Positions 24,235 through 34,402 of a stretch of DNA of 64,000 nt are shown piece after piece; the stretch's first letter is position 1; each line of letters opens with the position of its first letter. The position numbers were made by a program, and so were the translations under genes. This DNA is from Chloroflexota bacterium (lineage in GTDB: Bacteria > Chloroflexota > Anaerolineae > Anaerolineales > E44-bin32). Below the pieces are notes generated by a model. That model did not search any database and was not told where the DNA came from. It saw nothing but the letters and a program-made list of their open reading frames with translations. The stretch is taken from NCBI GenBank assembly GCA_022561215.1, contig JADFRQ010000002.1:5594-69593 (forward strand), written 5' to 3'.

Positions 24235-26214
24235 ATGCTGGAAGTAGACTTAATCCTGCGGGGTGCAAGCGTTGTCACGATGGATAAGGACTACACCCTT
24301 TATCCTGAGGGTGCTGTTGCAATCAAAGGTGATGAAATCGTTGGGGTTGGCGAATCAGCCGCAATCCTCGAGAAATACTCGTCCGCAGAGATCATGGATT
24401 GCTCAGCGAAAGCCCTCATTCCTGGACTTGTAAACGCGCATACACATGCCAGTATGACTCTTCTCAGGGGGTTGGCGGACGATCAGCGGCTCGATGTTTG
24501 GTTGCTGGGGTACATCATGCCGGTAGAAAGGGAATTTGTAACACCAAAATTCTGCGAATTAGGTACATTAATTGCTTGTGCCGAGATGATCCGCGGTGGC
24601 ATCACCGCCTTTGCCGATATGTATTATTTTGAGGATGCTGTTGCGCGCGCAACGGCAGAGGCCGGGATGCGCGCGATTTGCAGCCAAACTATCCTCCGTT
24701 TTCCATCACCTGATGCCGAATCATTTGAAGATTCACTTCGTTCCGCGCGCGAATTCATCGCGCGCTGGAAAAATCACCACTTGATCATTCCGTCGATTGG
24801 CCCACACTCAGCCTACTCGACAACGGAAACCATCCTCAAGGAATGTATTAAAATCTCCCTAGAATTTGATGTTCCGATCAATATTCATATTGCGGAAACT
24901 ATGGATGAGCAAGAACAATGGCGAAAAAATTATGGCATGCCGGTTATCCCCTGGCTAAAGAAATTGGGCTTGTTCGAGGCCGAGGTGATCGCACACCATT
25001 GCGTGCACGTCGATGCTGGCGAAATTCACACGCTCGAGCATGCCAAAGTTGGCGTCACACATAACCCGTCCAGCAATTTAAAACTAGCCTCCGGGTTTGC
25101 ACCTCTTACACAAATGTTGGATGAAGGCCTCGATGTAGGCATAGGGACGGACGGCCCGGCTTCCAATAATGATCTCGATATGTTTGAGGAGATGCGATTA
25201 GCATCTTTTATCGCCAAAACCGTGGCCGATAATCCCACAGTGCTTCCTGCCCGCCAAACGCTCGCGCTGGCTACGATTATCGGTGCAAGGGCGCTGCATA
25301 TTGATCATCTTGTAGGATCAATTGAAATCGGGAAAAAAGCTGATCTGGCGCTCATCAATCTCGATACCATCCATAATATTCCTGCTTTCACCCGCGATTC
25401 CGAGTCTATCTATTCCAGACTGGTATATGCTGCGAAGGCAGCGGATGTATCCGATGTTATGGTGAATGGCAAATGGCTGATGCGCGACAAGCAATTGACC
25501 ACAATCGATGAGCAGCCACTATTTCAATACGCCAAGCAGGTTGCGAGAAAAATCGACGTTTTTCTATCCGAGCGCGAGGGTTCTGTGCTCTCCAAATTAA
25601 TTGCCATTGGTCAGGCAACTCAAGAAGAGAGTTATGAAGTTCAGATAAAAGTTCGCCTAAAGGACCCGAGCTCGATAGTAGATGTACTGCAAACGAAACA
25701 AGTAGAAATCTTGCGGCAAGCACACTATGTGGAATACGATACTTATTTCAATTTTGAGGATCCATCACAGGAACGCTTGCGTTATCGAGAAGACGAGTTC
25801 ATCGATCAATCTGGCGAGGTAATTAATGTTCGCTACCGGCTTACGCTAACGGGCCCGGCAGCTGAACGTACGTTCCCCAACTACGTCCTGCTTTCTCGAT
25901 CTCGCTATATTGCCCCGGCCATGCATAGTTTGCGTTTCTACCGCGAATATTTCAATCCCAAATCAGAATTTCAGATAACAAAGGACCGGCTGCGTTGGCA
26001 CGTTCGTTTTCAAGGTGAGACTTTTTTCATCAATATTGACAAAATAACATCGCCGGAGATGGAAGGGAGCTTCCTCGAAATAAAAAGCAGAACCTGGTCC
26101 CGGGGGGATGCCGAGATAAAAGCCGAATTAATCAGAGAGCTGCTCGCAGAGCTTGGGATCACAGATCCCGTGCCCGAAGAACGCGAATATCCAGAATTGG
26201 TTTATTCCAGCTAG
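24235..26214 (+). CDS. mtaD: 5-methylthioadenosine/S-adenosylhomocysteine deaminase-like amidohydrolase fused to a C-terminal CYTH-like domain
   Basis: The N-terminal about 440 aa carry PGLVNAHTHASMTLLRGLADDQRLDVWL, HIAET and GTDGPASNNDLDMFEEMR. The C-terminal about 196 aa (nt 25624-26214) resemble CYTH/class IV cyclase-like proteins (YEVQIKVRL; DTYF; ERLRYRE; FINIDKIT..EGSFLEIKS). The start is set at ATG 24235, with AAGGAG 7 nt upstream. Confidence 0.85.
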   Translation: MLEVDLILRGASVVTMDKDYTLYPEGAVAIKGDEIVGVGESAAILEKYSSAEIMDCSAKALIPGLVNAHTHASMTLLRGLADDQRLDVWLLGYIMPVEREFVTPKFCELGTLIACAEMIRGGITAFADMYYFEDAVARATAEAGMRAICSQTILRFPSPDAESFEDSLRSAREFIARWKNHHLIIPSIGPHSAYSTTETILKECIKISLEFDVPINIHIAETMDEQEQWRKNYGMPVIPWLKKLGLFEAEVIAHHCVHVDAGEIHTLEHAKVGVTHNPSSNLKLASGFAPLTQMLDEGLDVGIGTDGPASNNDLDMFEEMRLASFIAKTVADNPTVLPARQTLALATIIGARALHIDHLVGSIEIGKKADLALINLDTIHNIPAFTRDSESIYSRLVYAAKAADVSDVMVNGKWLMRDKQLTTIDEQPLFQYAKQVARKIDVFLSEREGSVLSKLIAIGQATQEESYEVQIKVRLKDPSSIVDVLQTKQVEILRQAHYVEYDTYFNFEDPSQERLRYREDEFIDQSGEVINVRYRLTLTGPAAERTFPNYVLLSRSRYIAPAMHSLRFYREYFNPKSEFQITKDRLRWHVRFQGETFFINIDKITSPEMEGSFLEIKSRTWSRGDAEIKAELIRELLAELGITDPVPEEREYPELVYSS

Positions 26215-26326
26215 CAAAACTTATTGCTCAGGCCGGGATCAACAGAAAAATAGGTGCGGCGCACTTTAAAAGTGAATTGCACCTGTTGATTTCCTGTTAA
26301 TTCTGTCAATTACTACACGGTCACTA

Positions 26327-26375
26327 GGAGTGCCGAAGTTCAACTTCGGCAGCAAAGGTTACGCTTTTGCACTCC
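26327..26375 (-). repeat. Second copy of the 49-nt double-hairpin element seen at 2167-2215 (inverted orientation)
   Basis: The forward strand reads ggagtgccgaagttcaacttcggcagcaaaggttacgcttttgcactcc. Its reverse complement matches 2167-2215 except for the 7-nt linker and one loop base. Confidence 0.8.
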
Positions 26376-26539
26376 GGATTTGTTATAAACATTTCGTGTG
26401 TATATTTTCAATCATGTTTGACCCGCATAATCTTGCCGCCGGGTGAATACATTAGGGCAACGAGCAACTCCTCACGTCGACTCTGTACAGGAACTAACGA
26501 TAGCAAAGGATATCGAAAAGGACCTCATAATCTCCCTAT

Positions 26540-29119
26540 TCACTCTTCCTTTTTCTGCTCCGCGCGCAGCATCCGCTGCTGCCATTCGTAAAGTTTATTT
26601 AAAGCCTCGAGCGGTGCAATCGCATCGACATCCAATTGTTTTATTTCCTCAAGCAAGGGATTCGCGCGCGGCAGAAAGGTGAGCTGTTGAACATTGATTC
26701 GCTCTCTATCTTCACGCTCAAAAGCTTCTGCTTCAAGCAACCTGAGAATTTCTTGTGCGCGATTAATAACAGCACGCGGCAATCCTGCGAGTTCCGCCAC
26801 ATGAATGCCGTAAGACTTGTCAGCACCACCTGCAATGATTTTGTGTAAGAAAATCACCTGACCACCCTCGTCTGAGACCGCCACATTGTAGTTGCGCACG
26901 CCGGGAAGCGAGTCTGCAAGATGCAACAACTCATGGTAATGGGTTGCGAATAATGTCCTCGCCCTGATGCGAGGATGATTATGAATGTACTCCACAACGG
27001 CCCAAGCTATGGAAAGGCCATCAAAGGTGCTCGTGCCTCTTCCAATTTCGTCTAGAATCAGCAAACTTCTTGGCGTGGCATGGTTAAGAATATTCGCGGC
27101 CTCGACCATTTCGACCATAAACGTCGATTGGCCAGAATGGATCTCATCCTGTGCGCCGATACGCGTAAATATCCGGTCGCTTATGCCTATTTTTGCCGAT
27201 CGCGCGGGCACATAGCTGCCCATTTGTGCCAATAATACGATCAGGGCGACCTGTCGAAGGTAAGTCGATTTTCCAGACATGTTAGGGCCTGTGATAATAC
27301 GCACGCGTTCGCCATCCTCGAAGACAGTATCATTTGGAATGAACTGCTTACCGTGGAGATATGCACCAACCACAGGATGTTCACCCTCGCGAATTTCAAG
27401 AACGTCGTCCTCGACCAAAATCGGGCGTACATAATTATTCAGTGCCGCGACTTCGGCTAGCCCGGAAATCACGTCCAATCTTGCCAGAGTGCGCGCGGTT
27501 TTTAATAGTCGAGCGGCGTGCCCGGCGATCGCATCCCTTAACTCCTGGAATAAGCTTGCTTCAATATCGCGAATACGCTCTTCCGCCGATAACACAAGGG
27601 ACTCGTATTCCTTCATTTCTGGCGTGATATAACGCTCGGCGTTCACGAGAGTTTGTTTGCGAATATATTCGTCCGGAACCAAATCTATTTTTGACTTTGT
27701 CACTTCGATGTAATAACCAAATATTTTGTTGTAGCCTACTTTCAGATTTTTTATGCCGGTGCGCTCTCGCTCTGCAATTTCAAGATTGGATATCCAATCG
27801 CGTGCTCCGCGAGATGCATTAACCACCTCATCCAGTCGATCGGAATAGCCGCGGCGAAAAATCCCTATTTGCGCAGGTGGATCTTCGACCAGCGCCTCAT
27901 TAATTAAATCGCCCACATCACTACAGGGATCGAGTCCAGATTCAAACGACAGCATCGCCTCGGAAGAACGCGATTTAATAAGCTCGATCAGGCCTGGGAG
28001 ATTGCCCAAGAGATCGCGCAGGCTGGCCAGATCTTTGGGGCCCGAAATACCTGCCAGGCATCGATTCGTCAGGCGTTCTAAATCGCCCACGTGGGATAAT
28101 GCTTCACGGATTTCCGCCCTCCATAAGCCATCATTAAATTGCGCTTCTACTTGATTCAGTCGCTCTAGAATTCTTACAATATCAAGCAGCGGTTTCCCAA
28201 GCCATTGTTTTAACAACCTGCGGCCCATGGGAGTAACCGTGGCATCGATCACACCTAGTAACGATCCCTTCACCTCGCCACTGCGGATGGTCTGTGTTAA
28301 TTCCAAATTTCTGCGGGTGGCGGCATCAAGGATCATGAAGTCATCGAGGGTATAGGTCGAAATGTTGGTGAGAAGTTTCAATGCAGCAGCTTGTGTTTCC
28401 TCAAGATAACCCACGATCACACCCGCAGCTCTGACAGCATAGGGCCTGGCCTCGAGCCCAAAGCCATCCAATGCTGCGACTTGGAAATGCTTTAACAAGC
28501 TTTCTGTGCAGGGCGCCAAATCAAATCGCCAGCCCGCGATTTCGGTTGCATGTCCTTCCCAAATCTCGTCCAATGCAAAATTTTCCGGGTAAAGTACTTC
28601 CGCAGGCTGCAATCGTGTGAGTTCATTGCGCAGATTTGCGAAGGAAGACGAGGAATCCATTTCTGTTGCCCGGAATTCGCCCGTGCTAACATCGGTGTAA
28701 GCCAGTCCGACTCCATCCTCGCCAGCAAAGATGGCGGCCATGTAATTATTCGACCCATCCATCAGCAGGCTCGATTCAACGATCGTGCCAGGAGTAATGA
28801 CGCGCACCACTTGTCGTGGAAATAATCCTTTTACCGGTCCATCCCCCATTTGCTCGCAAATGGCAACGTGGTATCCCTTTTCAATTAATCGACCGATGTA
28901 ATTTTCTGCGGCGTGGTGCGGGATCCCCGCCATGGGAATACGGTTACCCTTTGCGACATTGCGTGAGGTGAGCACAATGTCCAATTCGCGCGCAGTGATT
29001 TCGGCGTCCTCATCAAATGTCTCGTAAAAATCACCGAGGCGAAAGAAAAGAATCGCATCCGGGTAACGGCTTTTTATCTCCAAATATTGCTGGCGAACGG
29101 GGGTATTATTCTCGCTCAT
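26540..29119 (-). CDS. mutS: DNA mismatch repair protein MutS
   Basis: Recognised segments are TPVRQQYLEIKSRYPDAILFFRLGDFYETF, Walker A ITGPNMSGKSTYLRQ, STFMVEM, DEIGRGTSTFDG and ATHYHEL. The start is set at ATG 29119 (MSENNTP). Confidence 0.95.
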   Translation of the reverse strand: MSENNTPVRQQYLEIKSRYPDAILFFRLGDFYETFDEDAEITARELDIVLTSRNVAKGNRIPMAGIPHHAAENYIGRLIEKGYHVAICEQMGDGPVKGLFPRQVVRVITPGTIVESSLLMDGSNNYMAAIFAGEDGVGLAYTDVSTGEFRATEMDSSSSFANLRNELTRLQPAEVLYPENFALDEIWEGHATEIAGWRFDLAPCTESLLKHFQVAALDGFGLEARPYAVRAAGVIVGYLEETQAAALKLLTNISTYTLDDFMILDAATRRNLELTQTIRSGEVKGSLLGVIDATVTPMGRRLLKQWLGKPLLDIVRILERLNQVEAQFNDGLWRAEIREALSHVGDLERLTNRCLAGISGPKDLASLRDLLGNLPGLIELIKSRSSEAMLSFESGLDPCSDVGDLINEALVEDPPAQIGIFRRGYSDRLDEVVNASRGARDWISNLEIAERERTGIKNLKVGYNKIFGYYIEVTKSKIDLVPDEYIRKQTLVNAERYITPEMKEYESLVLSAEERIRDIEASLFQELRDAIAGHAARLLKTARTLARLDVISGLAEVAALNNYVRPILVEDDVLEIREGEHPVVGAYLHGKQFIPNDTVFEDGERVRIITGPNMSGKSTYLRQVALIVLLAQMGSYVPARSAKIGISDRIFTRIGAQDEIHSGQSTFMVEMVEAANILNHATPRSLLILDEIGRGTSTFDGLSIAWAVVEYIHNHPRIRARTLFATHYHELLHLADSLPGVRNYNVAVSDEGGQVIFLHKIIAGGADKSYGIHVAELAGLPRAVINRAQEILRLLEAEAFEREDRERINVQQLTFLPRANPLLEEIKQLDVDAIAPLEALNKLYEWQQRMLRAEQKKEE

Positions 29120-29298
29120 TCTTGATGGCATTCTAAAGCGCACACGCTGAATCAGCAAGCAATTGTGATATACTGCGCCCATATTTCTGACGCAAGCATC
29201 TTAATTTTGTAAAGATCATCCAATTCGCCGTCTGATTCCCGAAGATCGCGACCCGACAAAAATAGACTCCCGGCATTATTTTTTCAAAGCCTGATGTC

Positions 29299-30978
29299 GT
29301 GTACGGGCAGCTCTTGCTCTACATGGCAAAATCGGATAAATACTCTAGATTGAGCTCCCAAATGTTCACATTTCCAAGCATTTTCCGGCCACTGTGGAAA
29401 GCCGGTCATCGTGTTCCATTTTCGCTCGCTTTGTTAGTGGGCCTTCTGCTTAGCGCGTGCAGTTCCATGGAGGAACCGCTCTCCATCGTCTACGGCCTCA
29501 CATTAGCTCCCTCGGGCATCGATCCTCATATTAACGCCTCTGCTGAACTGGGCATTCCCCTTTCTTCTGTATACGATACACTCATCTATCAAAATCCCGA
29601 TTCGGGCGAATTTGTGCCCGGCCTGGCCGAAAAATGGACGATATCGGAAGACGCAAAAACGTACACTTTCTACTTGCGACAAGATGTGATCTTTCACGAC
29701 GACACAGCGTTTAATGCCGCAGCGGTAAAAGCCAACATCGATTACGTCATCAATCCCGATCACCTCTCTCAGAAGGCGCGCTTCATGTTAGGTCCGCTCG
29801 AACGGATTGAAGTGATCGATACATTTACCGTGGTTTTTCATCTGCGGGAACCTTTCGCACCGTTATTGGATTCGCTGGCGCAGGTATACCTGGGAATGGC
29901 TTCGCCCAGCGCCCTGGAAGAATGGGGGCCAGGCGATTATCAATTTCATCAAGTGGGCACAGGACCCTATCGCTTCGTCGAGTATGTTGTTAATGATCAC
30001 ATCACCTTAGAAAAGAATCCGGATTATGCTTGGGGTCCAGAATTCTTCAATAACAAAGAGGCGCAAATTGCCAAGGTGATCTTTCGCTTCTACGAAGATT
30101 CTGCCACGCGCAGTGTGGCCCTTGAAAGTGGCGAAGTAGATATTATCGGGGAACTTCCACCACAAGATGCGCAACGGTTGGCAGCCCTAGAGGATTTTGA
30201 CCTGTACCCTATCCCAATCCCTGGACAACCGCTGCAGTATTTCTTCAATGTAGAGGTCGAGCCGACAAATGATCTCCAGGTTCGTCAGGCGCTTTTGCAA
30301 GCAGTCGATCGCCAATTTATCGTAGAGACCGTCTTTGGCGCCTTCTCACCTGTAGCGGAAGGGCCCCTCACAAACGATCATTTTGAAGACATTGTTCTCG
30401 ATCCGTACACTTCGTACGATCCTGAAATCGCAGGGGAACTACTCGACGAGATTGGCTGGGTGATCGATGAAGATCAGGGATACCGTTTGCGTGACGGAGA
30501 AATACTCGCTTTGCATCTTATCGTTCCCAGTTGGGGATCAAACCCCGAAGTCGGCCAGTTAATCAGCGCCGCATGGGAAAATATTGGCGCGCAGGTCACG
30601 CTCGAAGTAGCCCCTGGATTTGGTAAATTGAGAGAGGCGCAAGGCGAAGGGAATTATCAGGCGATCGGACTAAACTTTTTTGGCACCGACGCCGATCTGC
30701 TACGCTCTTTTTATTCGACGGATGGCCTGTTTAATTGGTCTGGGGTCCAGGATTCAAGAGTCGAACAGCTTTTGACCCAGGCATCCCAAGCTACACTAGA
30801 TCCAGATAGGCGTGTCAAACTTTATCAAGAACTTACAAGCCTTATTCATCAAGAAGCACTGCTTCTCCCCATTCGGGATTATGTAAATCTTGTTGCGGCT
30901 CGGTCATCGATTTTAGGACTGCGCTATTCTTCTCAAGGATGGTTCCCCTACCTTATCGACCTTCAATTCGCGCCGTAA
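29299..30978 (+). CDS. ABC transporter substrate-binding lipoprotein, family 5 (peptide/nickel, DppA/OppA-like)
   Basis: It has a signal peptide with lipobox LLLSAC and the typical family-5 length. The core includes ..IYQNPDSGEFVPGLAEKWTISEDAKTYTFYLRQDVIFHD... The start is uncertain: GTG 29299, ATG 29323 and a later Met are all possible. Confidence 0.82.
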   Translation: MYGQLLLYMAKSDKYSRLSSQMFTFPSIFRPLWKAGHRVPFSLALLVGLLLSACSSMEEPLSIVYGLTLAPSGIDPHINASAELGIPLSSVYDTLIYQNPDSGEFVPGLAEKWTISEDAKTYTFYLRQDVIFHDDTAFNAAAVKANIDYVINPDHLSQKARFMLGPLERIEVIDTFTVVFHLREPFAPLLDSLAQVYLGMASPSALEEWGPGDYQFHQVGTGPYRFVEYVVNDHITLEKNPDYAWGPEFFNNKEAQIAKVIFRFYEDSATRSVALESGEVDIIGELPPQDAQRLAALEDFDLYPIPIPGQPLQYFFNVEVEPTNDLQVRQALLQAVDRQFIVETVFGAFSPVAEGPLTNDHFEDIVLDPYTSYDPEIAGELLDEIGWVIDEDQGYRLRDGEILALHLIVPSWGSNPEVGQLISAAWENIGAQVTLEVAPGFGKLREAQGEGNYQAIGLNFFGTDADLLRSFYSTDGLFNWSGVQDSRVEQLLTQASQATLDPDRRVKLYQELTSLIHQEALLLPIRDYVNLVAARSSILGLRYSSQGWFPYLIDLQFAP

Positions 30979-30983
30979 AATTG

Positions 30984-31925
30984 ATGGATAATCGCGGCGC
31001 AAAAGCGATTAGCAAGAAAATGCTGGACGGCATTTTTACGGTGTTTGCGGCCGTCTCCGTTGTGTTTTTCTCATTGCGATTGGCAGCCGGAGATCCGCTG
31101 GAAATATTGCTCTCCCAGGGATTAGCAACCCGCGCTCAGATCGAGGAATTAAGAGTTGCACTGGGACTCGATCGACCCCTTTTCTCACAATATTTAGATT
31201 TCCTGCGTTCTCTCCTGCGTGGAGACTTAGGCAAGTCACTTTATACGGGTCGACCCGTAATCTCCCTCATCAAGGAACAATACCCCCAAACCATTGAGCT
31301 GGCGTTTAGCGCATTGTTATTTGCCATCGGACTCGGCCTTGTTCTTGGTGTGGCGGGAGCGATCCTTAAACAATCGCACATTGGAAAAATCGCCGAGTTC
31401 ATCGCAAACGTAGGGATAAGTCTCCCCGTATCTTTTACAGGCATCCTCGCCCTTTTCTTATGGCTGCAGGCGTTGCACTGGGCAACATTGGAAGCTCTAC
31501 TTCTAAGTCTCAAAGACCTTCTTTTGCCAGCCTTGATATTAGGATTCGCATCAGCGGGGGCGCTGGCTAAGGTGGTTCAATCGGGATTGGCGGGGAGTTT
31601 GCGAGAACCTTATATGTTGGCCGCGAGAGCGCGTGGAATAAGGCCTCGATGGCGATTTATCTGGCACGCGTTGCGTCCATCGCTTCCACCCGTATTATCA
31701 ATTGCCGCGCTGGAAGCAGCATTTCTTTTTTCGGGCACAGTGATCACGGAGACAGTATTTGCACGCCCGGGCCTGGGACGAATGCTGGTTAATGCGATCT
31801 TGCAGGGTGACTATGCCATTGTGCAGGGGATAGTTGTACTTGCCGCAGCGCTGTATGTGTTTACACAGGCTCTATCCGAGATTCTGTCGATTATCCTTGA
31901 CCCACGATTAGCGCGCCAACAATGA
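30984..31925 (+). CDS. ABC transporter permease (DppB/OppB-like)
   Basis: A six-TM BPD-type permease. It has the N-terminal LRLAAGDPLEILL and an EAA-like loop (YMLAARARGIRPRWRFIWHALRPSLPP). The start is set at ATG 30984, just after the upstream stop. Confidence 0.85.
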   Translation: MDNRGAKAISKKMLDGIFTVFAAVSVVFFSLRLAAGDPLEILLSQGLATRAQIEELRVALGLDRPLFSQYLDFLRSLLRGDLGKSLYTGRPVISLIKEQYPQTIELAFSALLFAIGLGLVLGVAGAILKQSHIGKIAEFIANVGISLPVSFTGILALFLWLQALHWATLEALLLSLKDLLLPALILGFASAGALAKVVQSGLAGSLREPYMLAARARGIRPRWRFIWHALRPSLPPVLSIAALEAAFLFSGTVITETVFARPGLGRMLVNAILQGDYAIVQGIVVLAAALYVFTQALSEILSIILDPRLARQQ

Positions 31926-32761
31926 TATTGCGAGGCGCGCCGATCCTTTCGGTTGGATGGTTGATCTTGATCACGATTGTCGCCGTTGGGGCACCCGTCT
32001 TAGCGCCGCTTGATCCCCAACAACCCCTCGGCCCCCCCCTATCCTATCCGGCACAAGCATCGTTCCTGGGGACAGATTCTTTAGGTCGCGACCTGCTCTC
32101 CCGCTTGATTTTTGGCACACGGTTCAGCCTCAGCATCGCCCTCCTGGCATCTGCAATTACGATAAGCGTGGGTACTCTCTTTGGCCTCACCGCGGCTGTA
32201 TTTCCGGGACTATTTGACCGAATTATGTTATGGGCATCGAATACGTTATTGGCAATCCCCGGACTCCTCCTGGCGATGCTGGTTGTTGCCAGGACAGGAA
32301 CTGGGCTGGCAAGTGTTGTCTTTGCCATCGGCATCGGCGGAATCCCGGGATTTCTCCGACTGAGCCGGGCATTGTTCATCCAAATCAGGTCTCAGGCGTT
32401 TATCAGCTCGGCGGTGGCCCTGGGGGGAAGCAAGTTATGGATCGCTCGGTTTCACATCCTTCCGAATGCTGGCCCACGTTATATTTCCATCTCAACCATC
32501 CATATTGCCTGGGCGTTTCTTGGCGCGACGAGTCTGACATTCCTTGGATTTGCTGGGGATCCCTCTATTCCTGAATGGGGATCGATGCTCAACACCGGTC
32601 GTTCCTTTTTAAATCAGGCTCCTCATTTGGCAATTCTTCCCGGATTTGCGATCAGTGCTACGATTATGGCCATTCAAAGCCTGGGGCGTTGGATTTCGCA
32701 CATAAGCGATCCGCTCGATGCAGGCTGGCGTAGTTCGCAATCGGGCAACAGGAATCGGTAA
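31922..32761 (+). CDS. ABC transporter permease (DppC/OppC-like)
   Basis: It contains LGTDSLGRDLLSRLIFGTRFSL, typical of the DppC/OppC N-region. It overlaps the preceding permease gene by 4 nt. Confidence 0.85.
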   Translation: MILRGAPILSVGWLILITIVAVGAPVLAPLDPQQPLGPPLSYPAQASFLGTDSLGRDLLSRLIFGTRFSLSIALLASAITISVGTLFGLTAAVFPGLFDRIMLWASNTLLAIPGLLLAMLVVARTGTGLASVVFAIGIGGIPGFLRLSRALFIQIRSQAFISSAVALGGSKLWIARFHILPNAGPRYISISTIHIAWAFLGATSLTFLGFAGDPSIPEWGSMLNTGRSFLNQAPHLAILPGFAISATIMAIQSLGRWISHISDPLDAGWRSSQSGNRNR

Positions 32762-32874
32762 GCTGGGCATGTAGAAATTTTCGTAAAGAATGGGGGTTGA
32801 GAATAAACATTGGCTTCGCTGGTGTGTACGTGCCATCGGTGGCCTTATGTCAGCAGGGATGTACGATGCTTAAT

Positions 32875-32912
32875 GTCATTCTGAAACCCTTCAGGAACTG
32901 AAGGGCAGAATC
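32875..32912 (+). repeat. GTCATTC...CAGAATC hairpin repeat, copy B
   Basis: The copy reads gtcattctgaaacccttcaggaactgaagggcagaatc. The internal stem CCCTTCAG/CTGAAGGG is extended by ATTCTG/CAGAAT. Confidence 0.7.
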
Positions 32913-33059
32913 ATCGGTTTTCACGAGCACGGAGCCTGACAAACGGAAAACGAGAGCCTTCAATCTTTGCACTGCAAAGGCTTCAGGATGAAATAGCGAA
33001 GAATTATTCCTGCTCACTGCTCCCCGCTTCCTGATCACGCCTTGAGAATAATTGCTCAT

Positions 33060-34010
33060 TTATCGAATAGATGTTATCCCATCCTCCTCTTCCTCACCCT
33101 CCAAAAATTCCCGGATCAAGACGGAGGTGGCCGCCACTAATTCGCCACGCACATCAAACCAATGGATCTCGGGATCCGTTTCTTTGAACCAATTATCCTG
33201 GCGGCGTACGAATTGACGCGTTAATTTTTGGATCTGTTTTATTGCCTCCTCAAACGAAATCTTCCCCGAGATCGCCATGCCAATTTGTTTGTAGCCTATC
33301 GCAGACATCGCCGGCAGCTCGAGATCAAATCCTTGATTAACTAGAGCGCGCACTTCATCTTCAAACCCATTCGCCATCATCTGGTCAATGCGCCGGTCAA
33401 TACGTGTATAGAGCGCCTTTCTCGCAAGTCGCAATCCGATTCGCAATATTCGGTAGCCGGGAGGTTTGTTATTGCGTTGTTGGCTGGCTGGAATACCCGT
33501 CGAGTGATAAATCTCGAGTGCGCGAATGACCCTGCGTTGATTCGTGGCTTGAATGCGCTCGGCGGAGACTGGATCGACCTGCGCCAATTGTTGATGCAAG
33601 ATAGCCCTTCCTTGTTCGCGTCCTACTTTCTCGAACTGCGCTCTTAATTGCCTGTTTTTCGGCTGCGGCGGCGGAGACCAACCCTCCAAGAGGGCAGTAA
33701 TGTATTGTCCGCTTCCTCCAACCAGGAACGGCAAATTCTTTCTACGCTGGATCTGATCGATGATCCCACCTGCCTCGTGTACGAAGCGGGCAACACTCCA
33801 GCTCTCGGATGGTGGAGAAACATCAATTAAGTGGTGAGGGACTCGTTCTCGATCGGTTTGCGATGGCTTTGCGGTGCCGATATCCATTCCCCTGTAAAGC
33901 AGCCTCGAATCTGCGGATACGATCTCACCTTTGAATTTTTCCGCCAGACGAATAGAGAGTTCGGTTTTTCCCACCGCAGTTGGGCCCAAGATTACGATTA
34001 TGTCTAGCAC
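33060..34010 (-). CDS. miaA: tRNA dimethylallyltransferase
   Basis: Recognised segments are IVILGPTAVGKTELSIRLAEKFKGEIVSADSRLLYRGMDIGTAKP and HHLIDV. Confidence 0.92.
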   Translation of the reverse strand: MLDIIVILGPTAVGKTELSIRLAEKFKGEIVSADSRLLYRGMDIGTAKPSQTDRERVPHHLIDVSPPSESWSVARFVHEAGGIIDQIQRRKNLPFLVGGSGQYITALLEGWSPPPQPKNRQLRAQFEKVGREQGRAILHQQLAQVDPVSAERIQATNQRRVIRALEIYHSTGIPASQQRNNKPPGYRILRIGLRLARKALYTRIDRRIDQMMANGFEDEVRALVNQGFDLELPAMSAIGYKQIGMAISGKISFEEAIKQIQKLTRQFVRRQDNWFKETDPEIHWFDVRGELVAATSVLIREFLEGEEEEDGITSIR

Positions 34011-34402
34011 AGAAAATCTCGCAGCTGACCAGAAATTGCATTTTCGTAATGATCGTAACGCAGGACTTCACCTCTGGCATTGCACTCAACGGCCACCATG
34101 TCGATCCTCCAATCCGCATCCTCTATTTGCATGGCTTTGAGATAGGCCAATGCGGCTCGAACAATGCGCTTTTGCTTCTGCTTCGTGATGGATTCCTCGG
34201 GATTTCCGAAGATGTCGCTTACACGGGTTTTTACTTCCACAAAAACAATAACACCTTCGCGTTCGGCGACAATATCCAGTTCTCCCTCTAGCACTCTCCA
34301 ATTTCGGTCCCGAATGGAATAGCCTTCGTTTACGAGCGTTTGCGCAGCGAACCGTTCGCCAAATTCTCCCAGTTTTTTACGATTCATTCCGTCCAGCTCC
34401 AC
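34004..34402 (-). CDS. yraN: YraN-family (UPF0102) endonuclease-like protein
   Basis: The sequence GEFGERFAAQTLVNEGYSIRDRNWRVLEGELDIVAEREGVIVFVEVKTR follows the family pattern. The gene overlaps the miaA start by 7 nt. Confidence 0.8.
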   Translation of the reverse strand: MELDGMNRKKLGEFGERFAAQTLVNEGYSIRDRNWRVLEGELDIVAEREGVIVFVEVKTRVSDIFGNPEESITKQKQKRIVRAALAYLKAMQIEDADWRIDMVAVECNARGEVLRYDHYENAISGQLRDFLC

